A DNA stretch of 26,944 nucleotides from a virus (lineage: Duplodnaviria; Heunggongvirae; Uroviricota; Caudoviricetes): the IMG/VR virus record IMGVR_UViG_3300026549_000060, positions 64,001-90,944 of that record; one strand, written 5' to 3'. A program made the translations under genes and the position numbers. Each line of letters opens with the position of its first letter. The stretch's first letter is position 1. Positions 1-8,547 of this stretch are shown in pieces. Under the pieces are notes generated by a model. That model made no database searches. It saw nothing but the letters and a program-made list of their open reading frames with translations, and was not told where the DNA came from.

Positions 1-666
1 GTACCTAATTTTACAGTGCAATTTAGGAAGAAGTTTAAAGCTGGTGATGAGTTTTCTGGAGCTTATAACTATTTCTTAGGTAGATGGTTTGTTTCTTCAA
101 GTGACTATAGCTTTGATTATGAAAGTATTGAAAATGCAGTTAGAGAGCTTATCAATAGAACAACTCAACCAGATCAAATGTGGGAGAGATTCTTGGATTC
201 AGATTGTAAGTGCTATTATTATATGAAAGACCCTGTAGATGCATATTATCCCAATAAGTTTAATTTAATGCAGTTGTATAATTATACTACAGGTATAGGG
301 TATCATATTAAAGTTAATAATGATTATCCTATAGAATTAGCTCAAGAAAGATTATTCCAAGCAGTTAGATTTGTGTTATATCTTAAGGGAGTAGAAGTGC
401 AGAGGCATGATTGGCAAAAATATGTTTGTAGCTATCCTATAGAAGAGTATGACGATGTTCTTGATAAACTGGATGTTTATATGGACCAAAAATATACTGA
501 AATGAAATCAGTTATAGACTTAGACAATATGTACGAACTTTTAAGTGATACCGTTGATGATTTCTTAGGTCAGAAATCTTATGATGATAATATGGTGGTT
601 TATGATTGGGAAGAAAGCGATAAAGATTATTTGGAGAGACCTCTTGAAGAACCCGCTCAAGTATGA
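1..666 (+). CDS. Hypothetical protein, 5'-truncated by the window edge
   Basis: Frame is open from base 1 (gta cct aat ttt aca gtg...) to TGA at 664-666; acidic C-terminus; no recognisable motif. Confidence 0.8.
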   Translation, partial: VPNFTVQFRKKFKAGDEFSGAYNYFLGRWFVSSSDYSFDYESIENAVRELINRTTQPDQMWERFLDSDCKCYYYMKDPVDAYYPNKFNLMQLYNYTTGIGYHIKVNNDYPIELAQERLFQAVRFVLYLKGVEVQRHDWQKYVCSYPIEEYDDVLDKLDVYMDQKYTEMKSVIDLDNMYELLSDTVDDFLGQKSYDDNMVVYDWEESDKDYLERPLEEPAQV

Positions 667-672
667 TATACT
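644..672 (+). promoter_or_regulatory. Sigma70/sigmaA-type promoter with extended -10
   Basis: TTGAAG (644-649), 17-nt spacer, TATACT (667-672) preceded by TG at 664-665; upstream of the clamp loader gene. Confidence 0.65.
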
Positions 673-702
673 CCTCCCTAGAGAGAACAATATCTAGGGA
701 GG
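673..702 (+). promoter_or_regulatory. RBS-sequestering hairpin
   Basis: CCTCCCTAGA (673-682) is the exact reverse complement of TCTAGGGAGG (693-702); the 3' arm contains the GGAGG Shine-Dalgarno of the ATG at 710. Confidence 0.7.
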
Positions 703-709
703 TTTTGTC

Positions 710-1651
710 ATGTGGGTAGATAAGTACAGACCTAAGACAATTTATGATGTAGCTCTTGAAGATGATATTAAAACCAAACTTATTAATCAGCTCAATAATA
801 AATCTATTAATCATTCTATTTTTGTAGGAAAACCTGGTACAGGCAAAACATCTTTAGCATTAGTTATTAGGGATACTCTTATTAAAGACGATTCAGATGT
901 ATTGTTTATGAATGCCTCTGGAGACAGAGGAATTGATACTATTAGAGATGTGGTAATTGATTTCATTAAGACACCTCCATTCAAATCTAATATTAAATTA
1001 GTTATAATGGATGAAGCAGATAATCTTACATCTGATGCGTGGAAGACTTTAAGAAATCCTATTGAGAACCCAGAGATTAATGTTAATTTAAGCTCTAGGT
1101 TTATCTTTACAGCAAACTATGAACAAGGTATTCCTGATTTTATTAAAAGCAGATGTGATTTGTACAAGTTCTATGGTATGCCTAAAGAAAAAGCATACGA
1201 TAAAGCTTTTAGTATACTACAGAATGAGATGGTAGAATATGAAGAAAAGGATGTATATAGTTTAGTTAATGATAAGTATCCAGATCTAAGGGCTATTATT
1301 AATAGTTTAGAAAGTAATACAATTGATAATAAGTTTAGTTATAATTATACAGAATCTGTAGAGAGTATTGTTAAATCTTTATTTAATCAGTTTATTGATG
1401 CGATAATTCATGATAAAGATTATGATAAAGCATCTACTATAATTTATCAGATCAGAAATAGTATTGGTTCTAATGTGGTAAATTATATAGAACTTACAAG
1501 ATACTTTATGGATAATGTTGATTTACCTATTGCTATGATTCCAATAATGAATCACTATTTTAACCAATTTAATATGGTTATAGACCCAAGATTACATTTT
1601 ATTGCGATGCTAGGAGATATGATGCTTGTATACAAGAGAATTGGGGGTTAA
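710..1651 (+). CDS. Clamp loader AAA+ subunit (T4 gp44 / RFC small subunit-like)
   Basis: N-terminal WVDKYRP, Walker A GKPGTGKT, NAS..RGID, Walker B IMDEAD, sensor FIFTAN, arginine finger SRC. Confidence 0.93.
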   Translation: MWVDKYRPKTIYDVALEDDIKTKLINQLNNKSINHSIFVGKPGTGKTSLALVIRDTLIKDDSDVLFMNASGDRGIDTIRDVVIDFIKTPPFKSNIKLVIMDEADNLTSDAWKTLRNPIENPEINVNLSSRFIFTANYEQGIPDFIKSRCDLYKFYGMPKEKAYDKAFSILQNEMVEYEEKDVYSLVNDKYPDLRAIINSLESNTIDNKFSYNYTESVESIVKSLFNQFIDAIIHDKDYDKASTIIYQIRNSIGSNVVNYIELTRYFMDNVDLPIAMIPIMNHYFNQFNMVIDPRLHFIAMLGDMMLVYKRIGG

Positions 1652-1654
1652 GAT

Positions 1655-2581
1655 ATGTTTGAGGATTTCTTCAGAGAATTAGGTAAGCACCTTAAGTATA
1701 TTACAACTACTTCTGGGCATAAAATCTATAGATGCCCTTTTTGTGGAGATTCTAGTAATACTAATAAAGGTCATCTGTACGTAGCTACAGATAAGCCAGT
1801 ATTTAGATGTGCAAAATGTGGTGAATCTGGTCATTTCAGTAAGCTTATTAATCTGTTTAATTTAGATAATATTGTATTACCTAAAACTAAGATATCTGGT
1901 AATAAGTATAGTAATACTCCTGTGTCCAATATAATTAAGTATACTTTGGATGAAGATACTGAAAATTATTTGGAGAGCAGATTAGGTAAAGTTACAATTG
2001 ATCCAGATGAAGCTAATATTATTAATAATGATGAACTTAATAATATCTGGACTGGTAGTTCTAAATATACTTCAGATAGAGTTATACCCAAACATTCTGT
2101 GAACTTTTTAACCTACTTTAAAAAGAAAGTTGTTGTAAGATTGTATAATGAAGATGACTTGAAGTATTTTGGAAGATATGATACAATTCAGTTATCAGAG
2201 GGATCTGACGTTTATATACTGAACAATAAAAGAATTTTTTCAGAATACTTTAAGCATCGAACTATAGTTATTGCTGAAGGTATCTTTGACATACTTAATA
2301 CATATTATAATCTTAATATGTTTCCCAAGGATGCTATTTATACAGCGGCTCTTAATGCACATATAGGTAAAGCATATGAAATAGCATCTTCAGTAGCAAT
2401 TAGTTTTAATCCAAATATAATTGTATTAGCTGATAATGATAAGAAAGACATAGATTATTTGAAATGTTTGCCTAAGTCTCTATGGAACAGTACAGTTATC
2501 TATAGGAATACTTTAGGTAAAGACTTTGGAGAAAAAGAAGTGAAGGGAGAAATCTCTTATGGTCGAGCTAACCAAAGATAA
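1655..2581 (+). CDS. DNA primase (zinc finger + TOPRIM), T4 gp61-like
   Basis: CPFCGDS...H...FRCAKCG zinc ribbon; TOPRIM motifs IAEGIFD and LADND. Confidence 0.8.
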   Translation: MFEDFFRELGKHLKYITTTSGHKIYRCPFCGDSSNTNKGHLYVATDKPVFRCAKCGESGHFSKLINLFNLDNIVLPKTKISGNKYSNTPVSNIIKYTLDEDTENYLESRLGKVTIDPDEANIINNDELNNIWTGSSKYTSDRVIPKHSVNFLTYFKKKVVVRLYNEDDLKYFGRYDTIQLSEGSDVYILNNKRIFSEYFKHRTIVIAEGIFDILNTYYNLNMFPKDAIYTAALNAHIGKAYEIASSVAISFNPNIIVLADNDKKDIDYLKCLPKSLWNSTVIYRNTLGKDFGEKEVKGEISYGRANQR

Positions 2582-3284
2582 ATACACAGATCTTTGTGCT
2601 ATTATTAATAAGATAAGCTATATTACTACGGATATGGATATGAGGCATTCTGAAATGAGCCAAAGATCTGGTGATAATACTTATAATATCAATATAGATT
2701 TTACTCCTATACATTCTGATCTTAATCTTGGTATCATCAATATACCTACGAAATATCCTCTCCTTAAATCATTAATGGATACCACTTCAGAAAAGTATAT
2801 TATTGATACACTTAAAGATAAGAATTCCTATATTATTACAGATACTATTAGTGATATAGAATTAGCTATTCCAGATTTTACTAATTTCACTACTAAGTAT
2901 GATGAAAGTCTTAAGATTGATTTAAATCAAAATGATAAGATTTTTACAGTAAATTTGGATAAAACTCTTATAAAGAAACTCAATAATTTTGTAAGAATCC
3001 TTGGTGCTGAAACAGTTAATATTGATATAACTAATGGTGAAGGTAAGATAAACATTAGTAGTAAGTCAAAAGTATCTACAGTTAAACTTATTTCTGGCTT
3101 TGAAACTAATGTTGATAATTTTAAAACAGATATTAATATGGAGTGTTTTAAAATGAGTGTAGGTGATGAATGTGTGATTACTGCTTATAAGAGATCAAAA
3201 ACAGCTTGTTATGTGGATATTCAAACTGAGCTATCTGGATGTAAAGTTAGCTATAAACAAAATAGACAGGGGATATTCAAATGA
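2559..3284 (+). CDS. Putative sliding clamp (gp45/PCNA-like)
   Basis: 241 aa, similar in size to PCNA/gp45; sits in the clamp loader-primase cluster; no diagnostic motif recognised, so the call is mostly contextual. Confidence 0.4.
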   Translation: MVELTKDKYTDLCAIINKISYITTDMDMRHSEMSQRSGDNTYNINIDFTPIHSDLNLGIINIPTKYPLLKSLMDTTSEKYIIDTLKDKNSYIITDTISDIELAIPDFTNFTTKYDESLKIDLNQNDKIFTVNLDKTLIKKLNNFVRILGAETVNIDITNGEGKINISSKSKVSTVKLISGFETNVDNFKTDINMECFKMSVGDECVITAYKRSKTACYVDIQTELSGCKVSYKQNRQGIFK

Positions 3285-4066
3285 TTTACCTTACTGGTGA
3301 TACTCATGGAGAAATGTCTAGGTTTAAATTCCTAGATTATAGTTATGGTGATATTGTTATTATTCTAGGTGATTTTGGTGGAATCTTCTTTAATGAGTCA
3401 CGGCAGTTTAAAGAGGTAAGAATTCAATATGAAAAAGAGATATTTGATACTCTGAATGATTTCAGATGTACTTTTCTTTTTATTGATGGGAATCACGATA
3501 ATATTGATAGGCTTGAAAACCTTCCTATTAAGTATAAGTTTGGTAATCAGGTAGGAGAAGTTTCAGATAATGTATTCTATCTAAAACGTGGTCATATTTA
3601 TACTATTGAAGATAAGAAGTTTATGTGTATGGGTGGAGCATTAAGTCAAGATAGAAACCATAGAACTGAAGGTGTAGATTACTGGAGAGATGAAAATCCT
3701 ACTTTTAAAGACTGGAACAAACTAGAAATGGAACTAGTTAATAACCAGTATAAAGTAGATTATGTTCTTACACACACTCCACCCGAGTTCATTACAGAAA
3801 AGTGTTTAAAGTATCAATATTTTAGTGAACCAAGTACTCCTTCTTACATGCTTGAGGATGATTATATTAAAGGTAAATTAAATGATCCTACTGCTAGGAC
3901 TTTAAATAAAGTATATGATATGATTAAGTTTAAGATTTGGTTCTTCGGTCATATGCATCTCAATATTACCTTTAAAGATTATCCTAAGTTTGTAGGTCTT
4001 TATGAAAAAATTGTACCATTGAAAGATGATGTAGATGAATATCATAAGTTATTATCCAACTTTTGA
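3281..4066 (+). CDS. Calcineurin-like metallophosphoesterase
   Basis: Motifs GDTHG, GDFG, GNHD, THTPP and FGHMH in canonical order. Confidence 0.9.
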   Translation: MIYLTGDTHGEMSRFKFLDYSYGDIVIILGDFGGIFFNESRQFKEVRIQYEKEIFDTLNDFRCTFLFIDGNHDNIDRLENLPIKYKFGNQVGEVSDNVFYLKRGHIYTIEDKKFMCMGGALSQDRNHRTEGVDYWRDENPTFKDWNKLEMELVNNQYKVDYVLTHTPPEFITEKCLKYQYFSEPSTPSYMLEDDYIKGKLNDPTARTLNKVYDMIKFKIWFFGHMHLNITFKDYPKFVGLYEKIVPLKDDVDEYHKLLSNF

Positions 4067-5093
4067 AGAACTTGACAGCCTTAGGGAATCGCATCCTAAG
4101 GCTAATTGTTTAAATATATTTTTAGACTTAAAGAATGCTTTAGGTATACTTTATGTTAAAAATGTTGTAGAGAATTTATTAGAGATTTCCAATAAGACTG
4201 GTAAGCCCAATAGTATGATATTTTTATCCTGGTTAGACTTTTTAATGTTTCACTATGATTACGCTATTAAAAATAATGTTAATATTAGAATTATAACTTA
4301 TGCTGATGTAGGAGAATATCAATATCATAAAGCTATCTATAAAGATTATAAAAGTAATAGAAGCATTACTAAAAAACGAACTCATTCGGATTTATGTGAT
4401 TCAGATGATTTTCATAAAGTAATGCTGTCTAATATAGAAACGATTATGAAAGCTTGTAATAAATTTTATCATACTAAAGGAGTATACCTTTCTTTCTGTG
4501 AATCTGATTTTGTTCCAGAATACTATATTGAAAAGTACTTTACTGATGAAAAGTATTTGAATATTATTTATAGTTCTGATAGAGATTATGTTCAGACTCT
4601 TAGATTTAAGAATACAGTTCAATTTATGAAGAAAAGTAATCATGAAAGAGAATTCTTAGATTACAGTAATTGGTCAAATATCTTGGATAAGCCTACTACT
4701 CTTCCAGTAGATTCTTATATTTATATTAAATCTATTATGGGTGATAAAGGTGATGGTATTGATGGTATTGGTAAAGTAGGTCCAGTAAAGGCTACTCAGT
4801 TTATAGAGTACTGTTATAATACATTGAATAACGCATCTATAGAACAAATATTGGAAGAAGCTACTAACTGTTGTAATAATGCTGATATAAAGGAATCTAA
4901 GATCGCTAAAGCTATTGAAGAGAAAAAAGATATAGTCTATAGAAACTATAGATTAATGTCTTTTAATGAATTGATTCAAAATCTATCGTTACCTACTATA
5001 GAAAAGTTAATTAAAAAAGAAGAAAATCACTTGACATTAGAACAAACTTTTGATACTATTAAATTATTAAGAGAAAAACTAAAACTTTGGTAG
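4035..5093 (+). CDS. 5'-3' exonuclease / T4 RNase H-like (FEN/PIN fold)
   Basis: FLD near the N-terminus, ESDF, SSDRDYVQ, and helix-3-turn-helix MGDKGDGIDGIGKVGPVKA. Confidence 0.85.
   Translation: MNIISYYPTFEELDSLRESHPKANCLNIFLDLKNALGILYVKNVVENLLEISNKTGKPNSMIFLSWLDFLMFHYDYAIKNNVNIRIITYADVGEYQYHKAIYKDYKSNRSITKKRTHSDLCDSDDFHKVMLSNIETIMKACNKFYHTKGVYLSFCESDFVPEYYIEKYFTDEKYLNIIYSSDRDYVQTLRFKNTVQFMKKSNHEREFLDYSNWSNILDKPTTLPVDSYIYIKSIMGDKGDGIDGIGKVGPVKATQFIEYCYNTLNNASIEQILEEATNCCNNADIKESKIAKAIEEKKDIVYRNYRLMSFNELIQNLSLPTIEKLIKKEENHLTLEQTFDTIKLLREKLKLW
5031..5059 (+). promoter_or_regulatory. Sigma70/sigmaA-type promoter inside the 3' end of the exonuclease gene
   Basis: TTGACA (5031-5036), 17-nt spacer, TACTAT (5054-5059) with TG at 5051-5052. 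Confidence 0.7.
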
Positions 5094-5119
5094 TTATACT
5101 AAAGAAGGTGATATTTAAA

Positions 5120-5827
5120 TTGTTATCTAAACAGAAAGTAATCTTTTTTGTTAAACAAAGATTAGGATTTCCAAATGTTACCATTGAAAAGTCTGATGAA
5201 GATATGTGGGAATATATTAGAAACTTCTCTATAATGGAGTTCAGCAAGTATGTTCCGGATTATCAGGAAATGACTTTAGATTGTAATGATTCTGATAATA
5301 AGACTGATGATGAGAATATGTTTTTACTGCATGAGCCTGAAGGTGCTCAAATTATGGATATAGTAGATATTCCAATGCCTTGGAATAATGCATTTATTAA
5401 TGGCTGGGAATATCAAGCTCCTATAGCGTCATATGATTCTTTAGCTAATTATGCTCAGTCAGTTGAGAGAGAAAAGACAGTAGAGCATTTCTCTAAAGCA
5501 GGTCTTTCATGGAGATTCTTTCCCCCAAATAGATTAAGAATCAACATGAGCATGCGGCCTGATAAGTTAAAGATTATGTACTATAGAGCTCAGCCAGAAT
5601 CACTTTACTATATTCCATATCAGTATGAATCAGAATTTTTATTCTTATGTTTAGCTGATATTATGACTATAATTGGTAATATTAGACTAAAATATTCTTC
5701 ATTGACCACACCTTTTGGAGAAATACCAGTTAGTGGAGACATAGCTAATACAGGTAATGAGCTAAAAGATAAAGTTATCCAGAGACTTGAGCAGTTACCT
5801 CCTAATGCACTTATTTATGTGGATTAA
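5120..5827 (+). CDS. Neck / head-completion protein (T4 gp13-like)
   Basis: N-terminal KQRLGFPNVTIEKSDEDMWEYI resembles the gp13-type RRLGAP.I.VEL...Q...CI pattern; start reassigned to TTG at 5120 behind the AAGGTG RBS. Confidence 0.65.
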   Translation: MLSKQKVIFFVKQRLGFPNVTIEKSDEDMWEYIRNFSIMEFSKYVPDYQEMTLDCNDSDNKTDDENMFLLHEPEGAQIMDIVDIPMPWNNAFINGWEYQAPIASYDSLANYAQSVEREKTVEHFSKAGLSWRFFPPNRLRINMSMRPDKLKIMYYRAQPESLYYIPYQYESEFLFLCLADIMTIIGNIRLKYSSLTTPFGEIPVSGDIANTGNELKDKVIQRLEQLPPNALIYVD

Positions 5828-5830
5828 AAT

Positions 5831-6331
5831 ATGACTAGTAAACAAAAAGCTAAAGGTAAATACTTTGAAGATAAAATTGCTACGCATTTAAGGAATACTC
5901 TTAATCTAAGAGAAAATGAGTGTGTTAGGTCTCCTAATTCTGGAAATGGAGAATTTGAATTTGGTGATTTATTTTTTACAGACCCTATTAAGTATCCATT
6001 TATATTTGAATGTAAGTTTGGATATGATTGGGATTTGAAATCAATATTCCCTAAATTAAATAAACAATTAAGTAAATTTCTAAAGCAGAATAAAGAAGCT
6101 GTTGAAAAGTATAAAATAAAAATGAAACAAGAACCAAGATTCTCAGGAGTAATACTTTCAAAACCTTATTCTGAAATTTTGGTGTTGACAAATTTTTATG
6201 AATGCGATTTAATTGATTGTACTAGGATAGTTACAGAAGATATTGATGGAAATAGAGTATATGTGTATCCTCTTAATAAAGCTTTAGAGATTATTTTAGA
6301 ACTGCAGGAGGATCCTCTTTATGGTAGATAA
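5831..6331 (+). CDS. Holliday-junction resolvase-like PD-(D/E)XK nuclease
   Basis: KQKAKGKYFE...GDL...IFECK pattern typical of Hjc-like phage resolvases. Confidence 0.65.
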   Translation: MTSKQKAKGKYFEDKIATHLRNTLNLRENECVRSPNSGNGEFEFGDLFFTDPIKYPFIFECKFGYDWDLKSIFPKLNKQLSKFLKQNKEAVEKYKIKMKQEPRFSGVILSKPYSEILVLTNFYECDLIDCTRIVTEDIDGNRVYVYPLNKALEIILELQEDPLYGR

Positions 6332-6713
6332 GTATAAAGAGCTAGAGTTGATCCTTGAAGATTTAGCAAAAAGAAAAGAGAAGTATGAGGGGATTAGTTC
6401 TCAGGCAACTAAAGTTATAGATGAACTTGAAGCTAAAATTATGCATGCAGTAAGAGGTAGCCAAAATTTACCAAGAACTGCTGATATTAGTATTATAATT
6501 CAAACATTTAGTCAATTACTTAAAACTAAGTTAGATGCTGAAGATTCTATTACAAGATCCTTAGAAAAGAGATATGACTTAGTTAATAAGTTTGAGAATC
6601 CTGATAATACAACTGATCCTAATTCAATTACTGCTGATTCAGTTGATAAACTTCTTGTTCTTTTTGAAAAATCTAAGCAAAAGGATCTTGACAAAAGTTC
6701 TGAAGAAGAGTAA
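6321..6713 (+). CDS. Hypothetical helical/coiled-coil protein
   Basis: 130-aa ORF overlapping the previous stop, GGAGG upstream, heptad-like leucine pattern. Confidence 0.7.
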   Translation: MVDKYKELELILEDLAKRKEKYEGISSQATKVIDELEAKIMHAVRGSQNLPRTADISIIIQTFSQLLKTKLDAEDSITRSLEKRYDLVNKFENPDNTTDPNSITADSVDKLLVLFEKSKQKDLDKSSEEE

Positions 6714-6716
6714 AAT
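6688..6716 (+). promoter_or_regulatory. Near-consensus sigma70/sigmaA promoter for the ncRNA/tRNA unit
   Basis: TTGACA (6688-6693), 17-nt spacer, TAAAAT (6711-6716). Confidence 0.8.
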
Positions 6717-6721
6717 ATTTT

Positions 6722-6839
6722 TACTGAGTTGTTAACTGCCCTGTTAAATAAATTGGCCCTTTAGTCTGAGGATTACTGGGTGGGGAGTTAATAGCATGCT
6801 ATTCTTTGGTAGACAACTGCCATCAGTTAACAACCAGTA
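6722..6839 (+). ncRNA. Candidate structured RNA of unknown family
   Basis: TACTG-a-GTTGTTAACTG (6722-6738) pairs with CAGTTAACAAC-CAGTA (6824-6839); the GC-richer interior has hairpins AATAGC/GCTATT and TGGTAG-ACAA-CTGCCA; begins at the predicted transcription start. Confidence 0.5.
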
Positions 6840-6853
6840 TACATTTTAAATGC

Positions 6854-6928
6854 CTCGCCATAGTTCAATGGAAAGAATCCGGGTCTTCTAAACCCATGAT
6901 CTCAGTTCGATTCTGAGTGGCGAGGCCA
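6854..6928 (+). tRNA. tRNA-Arg (anticodon TCT) with encoded CCA
   Basis: Acceptor CTCGCCA/TGGCGAG, D arm GTTC-AATGGAAA-GAAT with A20, anticodon loop CT-TCT-AA, T arm CTCAG-TTCGATT-CTGAG, discriminator G, CCA at 6926-6928. Confidence 0.95.
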
Positions 6929-6992
6929 GTATTTATCAATATTTACATGCTGTTAACAAAATCTAAAATAGAAAGGCAGTGGTAATGACCCT

Positions 6993-7307
6993 ATGAATAA
7001 AGAGGAAAAAGCATTATCAATTGTATATGGTATAACAACTTGTTTAACATTAGGATTATTTATTTTTATGTACTATACAATGTATCAGGAAATTTTTGTA
7101 GCAAATAGTATTACCTTAACAACCTGGGGAATAGTGTTGCTTATATTATTTGCAGGATATCCTGTAGTATTTGCTATGAAATTGCTATCATTAGTTATGC
7201 CATTGCCATTTATTATTTCAGATAAACTTCTTTGGATTGCTATATCAGTTGCTGTAGCAAGGGGACTTATGGATATTTTTGAAAAAACTTTGAAGGGGGA
7301 TAAGTAG
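6993..7307 (+). CDS. Small membrane protein (about 3 transmembrane helices)
   Basis: Three long hydrophobic stretches and a charged C-terminal tail (EKTLKGDK). Confidence 0.7.
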   Translation: MNKEEKALSIVYGITTCLTLGLFIFMYYTMYQEIFVANSITLTTWGIVLLILFAGYPVVFAMKLLSLVMPLPFIISDKLLWIAISVAVARGLMDIFEKTLKGDK

Positions 7308-7311
7308 AGCT

Positions 7312-8526
7312 ATGCCAAGAAAAAAAGCAGATGGTACTGAAGTAGAACAGGTTGCTGATGATCTTATTGCTGGATTGGACGATGCATTAAGTAAAATTAG
7401 TGGTTTGGAAGATCTGACTGGTAGTGATGAAATTAGGTGTGTTCCTACTGGAATAGACCTTCTTGATGAAGTCCTTGGCGGCGGAGTTCCAGTAGGTAAA
7501 CTGTGCTCAATGACTGGTGCCGCTGGGTCCGCAAAGAGCTCGTGTGCGATTCAGTATATTGTAGGCTTTCAGCATTATGACCCTCGTTCAATTGGAGTAT
7601 TTATTGATGTTGAGCAAGCAATTAGTATGAAGAGACTTATTGAATTGGGTTGTGATCCTAAAAGAACTAAACTTTTTAGCAATTCTGAATTAACAATGGA
7701 AAGAATAGCTTCAATTGTTAGAGGATTGGCTAAGTTTAAAATAGAGCATAAGGTTAAAGATGTTCCATATATTGTAGTGTGGGATTCTGAATCAGTGACA
7801 CCTACACAAAAAAGCCTTGAAGCAGCTGAGTCTTCTAAAGTAATGGGAGAGCATTCAAGAACTTTGGGATTTATTATGAATCAGTTAATCCCATATATTG
7901 CTAAAACAAACATCACTTTGGTTATTATTTCTCAATTAAGAGATAAGATTAGTCAGAATCCTTATGAAGTAAGGTTTGATATGAATTTTGGATCTAATCA
8001 GAAGATTACTGGTGGTTCTGTAATGCAGTATTATCCCTTTAATATGTGCCGAACTAGGAATAAGGGTGAATTGGATTATGATATGATGGGTATTAGAGGG
8101 TTTAAAACAGAGATGACATTTCTTAAAAATAAGAACTTTGCCCCTAAAATTCCTATCCAAGTAGTTCTCGATTATGCAACAGGATTTTCAGATTTTTGGA
8201 CTAAAGAGAATCTTATTAGGGAAGCTAAATGTTTTATTACTTCTGGACCTAAGAATGCTTTGAAAAATTATAAAGATTTTAAATTCAGTAGAAGAGACAT
8301 TAAAAAACTTTATGATACTGACGAAACCTTTAGGGAAAAGTTTGAAGAGCAGTATAACATCTGTAAATCAGAAATTCAAACAAATAATCCGTGGGATAAA
8401 AATCTTCAGATCAAGAAAGTTAAAGAAGTTGAATCTGATTTGTCTGATGAAGATCAGGATCTTCTTAGTAAACTTGATTCTCTTGGTTCAGAACCTACAG
8501 ATGAATTGAATTTGGATAATCTTTAA
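7312..8526 (+). CDS. recA: RecA/UvsX-like recombinase
   Basis: PTGIDLLDEVLGGG, P-loop GAAGSAKS, FIDVEQA, Walker B IVVWDS, IISQLR, TGG...YY. Confidence 0.9.
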   Translation: MPRKKADGTEVEQVADDLIAGLDDALSKISGLEDLTGSDEIRCVPTGIDLLDEVLGGGVPVGKLCSMTGAAGSAKSSCAIQYIVGFQHYDPRSIGVFIDVEQAISMKRLIELGCDPKRTKLFSNSELTMERIASIVRGLAKFKIEHKVKDVPYIVVWDSESVTPTQKSLEAAESSKVMGEHSRTLGFIMNQLIPYIAKTNITLVIISQLRDKISQNPYEVRFDMNFGSNQKITGGSVMQYYPFNMCRTRNKGELDYDMMGIRGFKTEMTFLKNKNFAPKIPIQVVLDYATGFSDFWTKENLIREAKCFITSGPKNALKNYKDFKFSRRDIKKLYDTDETFREKFEEQYNICKSEIQTNNPWDKNLQIKKVKEVESDLSDEDQDLLSKLDSLGSEPTDELNLDNL

Positions 8527-8547
8527 AGAAAGAAGGTTTGCATTAAT

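Noticed and set aside
6722-6839. Hammerhead, pistol or HDV-like/theta ribozyme identity for the tRNA-linked RNA
   Set aside because: CTGAGGA fits the hammerhead CUGANGA but no GAAA follows; TTAAATA recalls pistol but the pseudoknot partner is missing; an HDV-like threading lacks the L3 CC and the catalytic C, and theta ribozymes typically sit at the tRNA 3' end.
7526-7549. RecA inactivated because its P-loop reads GAAGSAKS rather than GxxxxGKT
   Set aside because: Phage UvsX-type proteins tolerate this (T4 UvsX has GPSKSFKS); the Lys/Ser and Walker B are intact.
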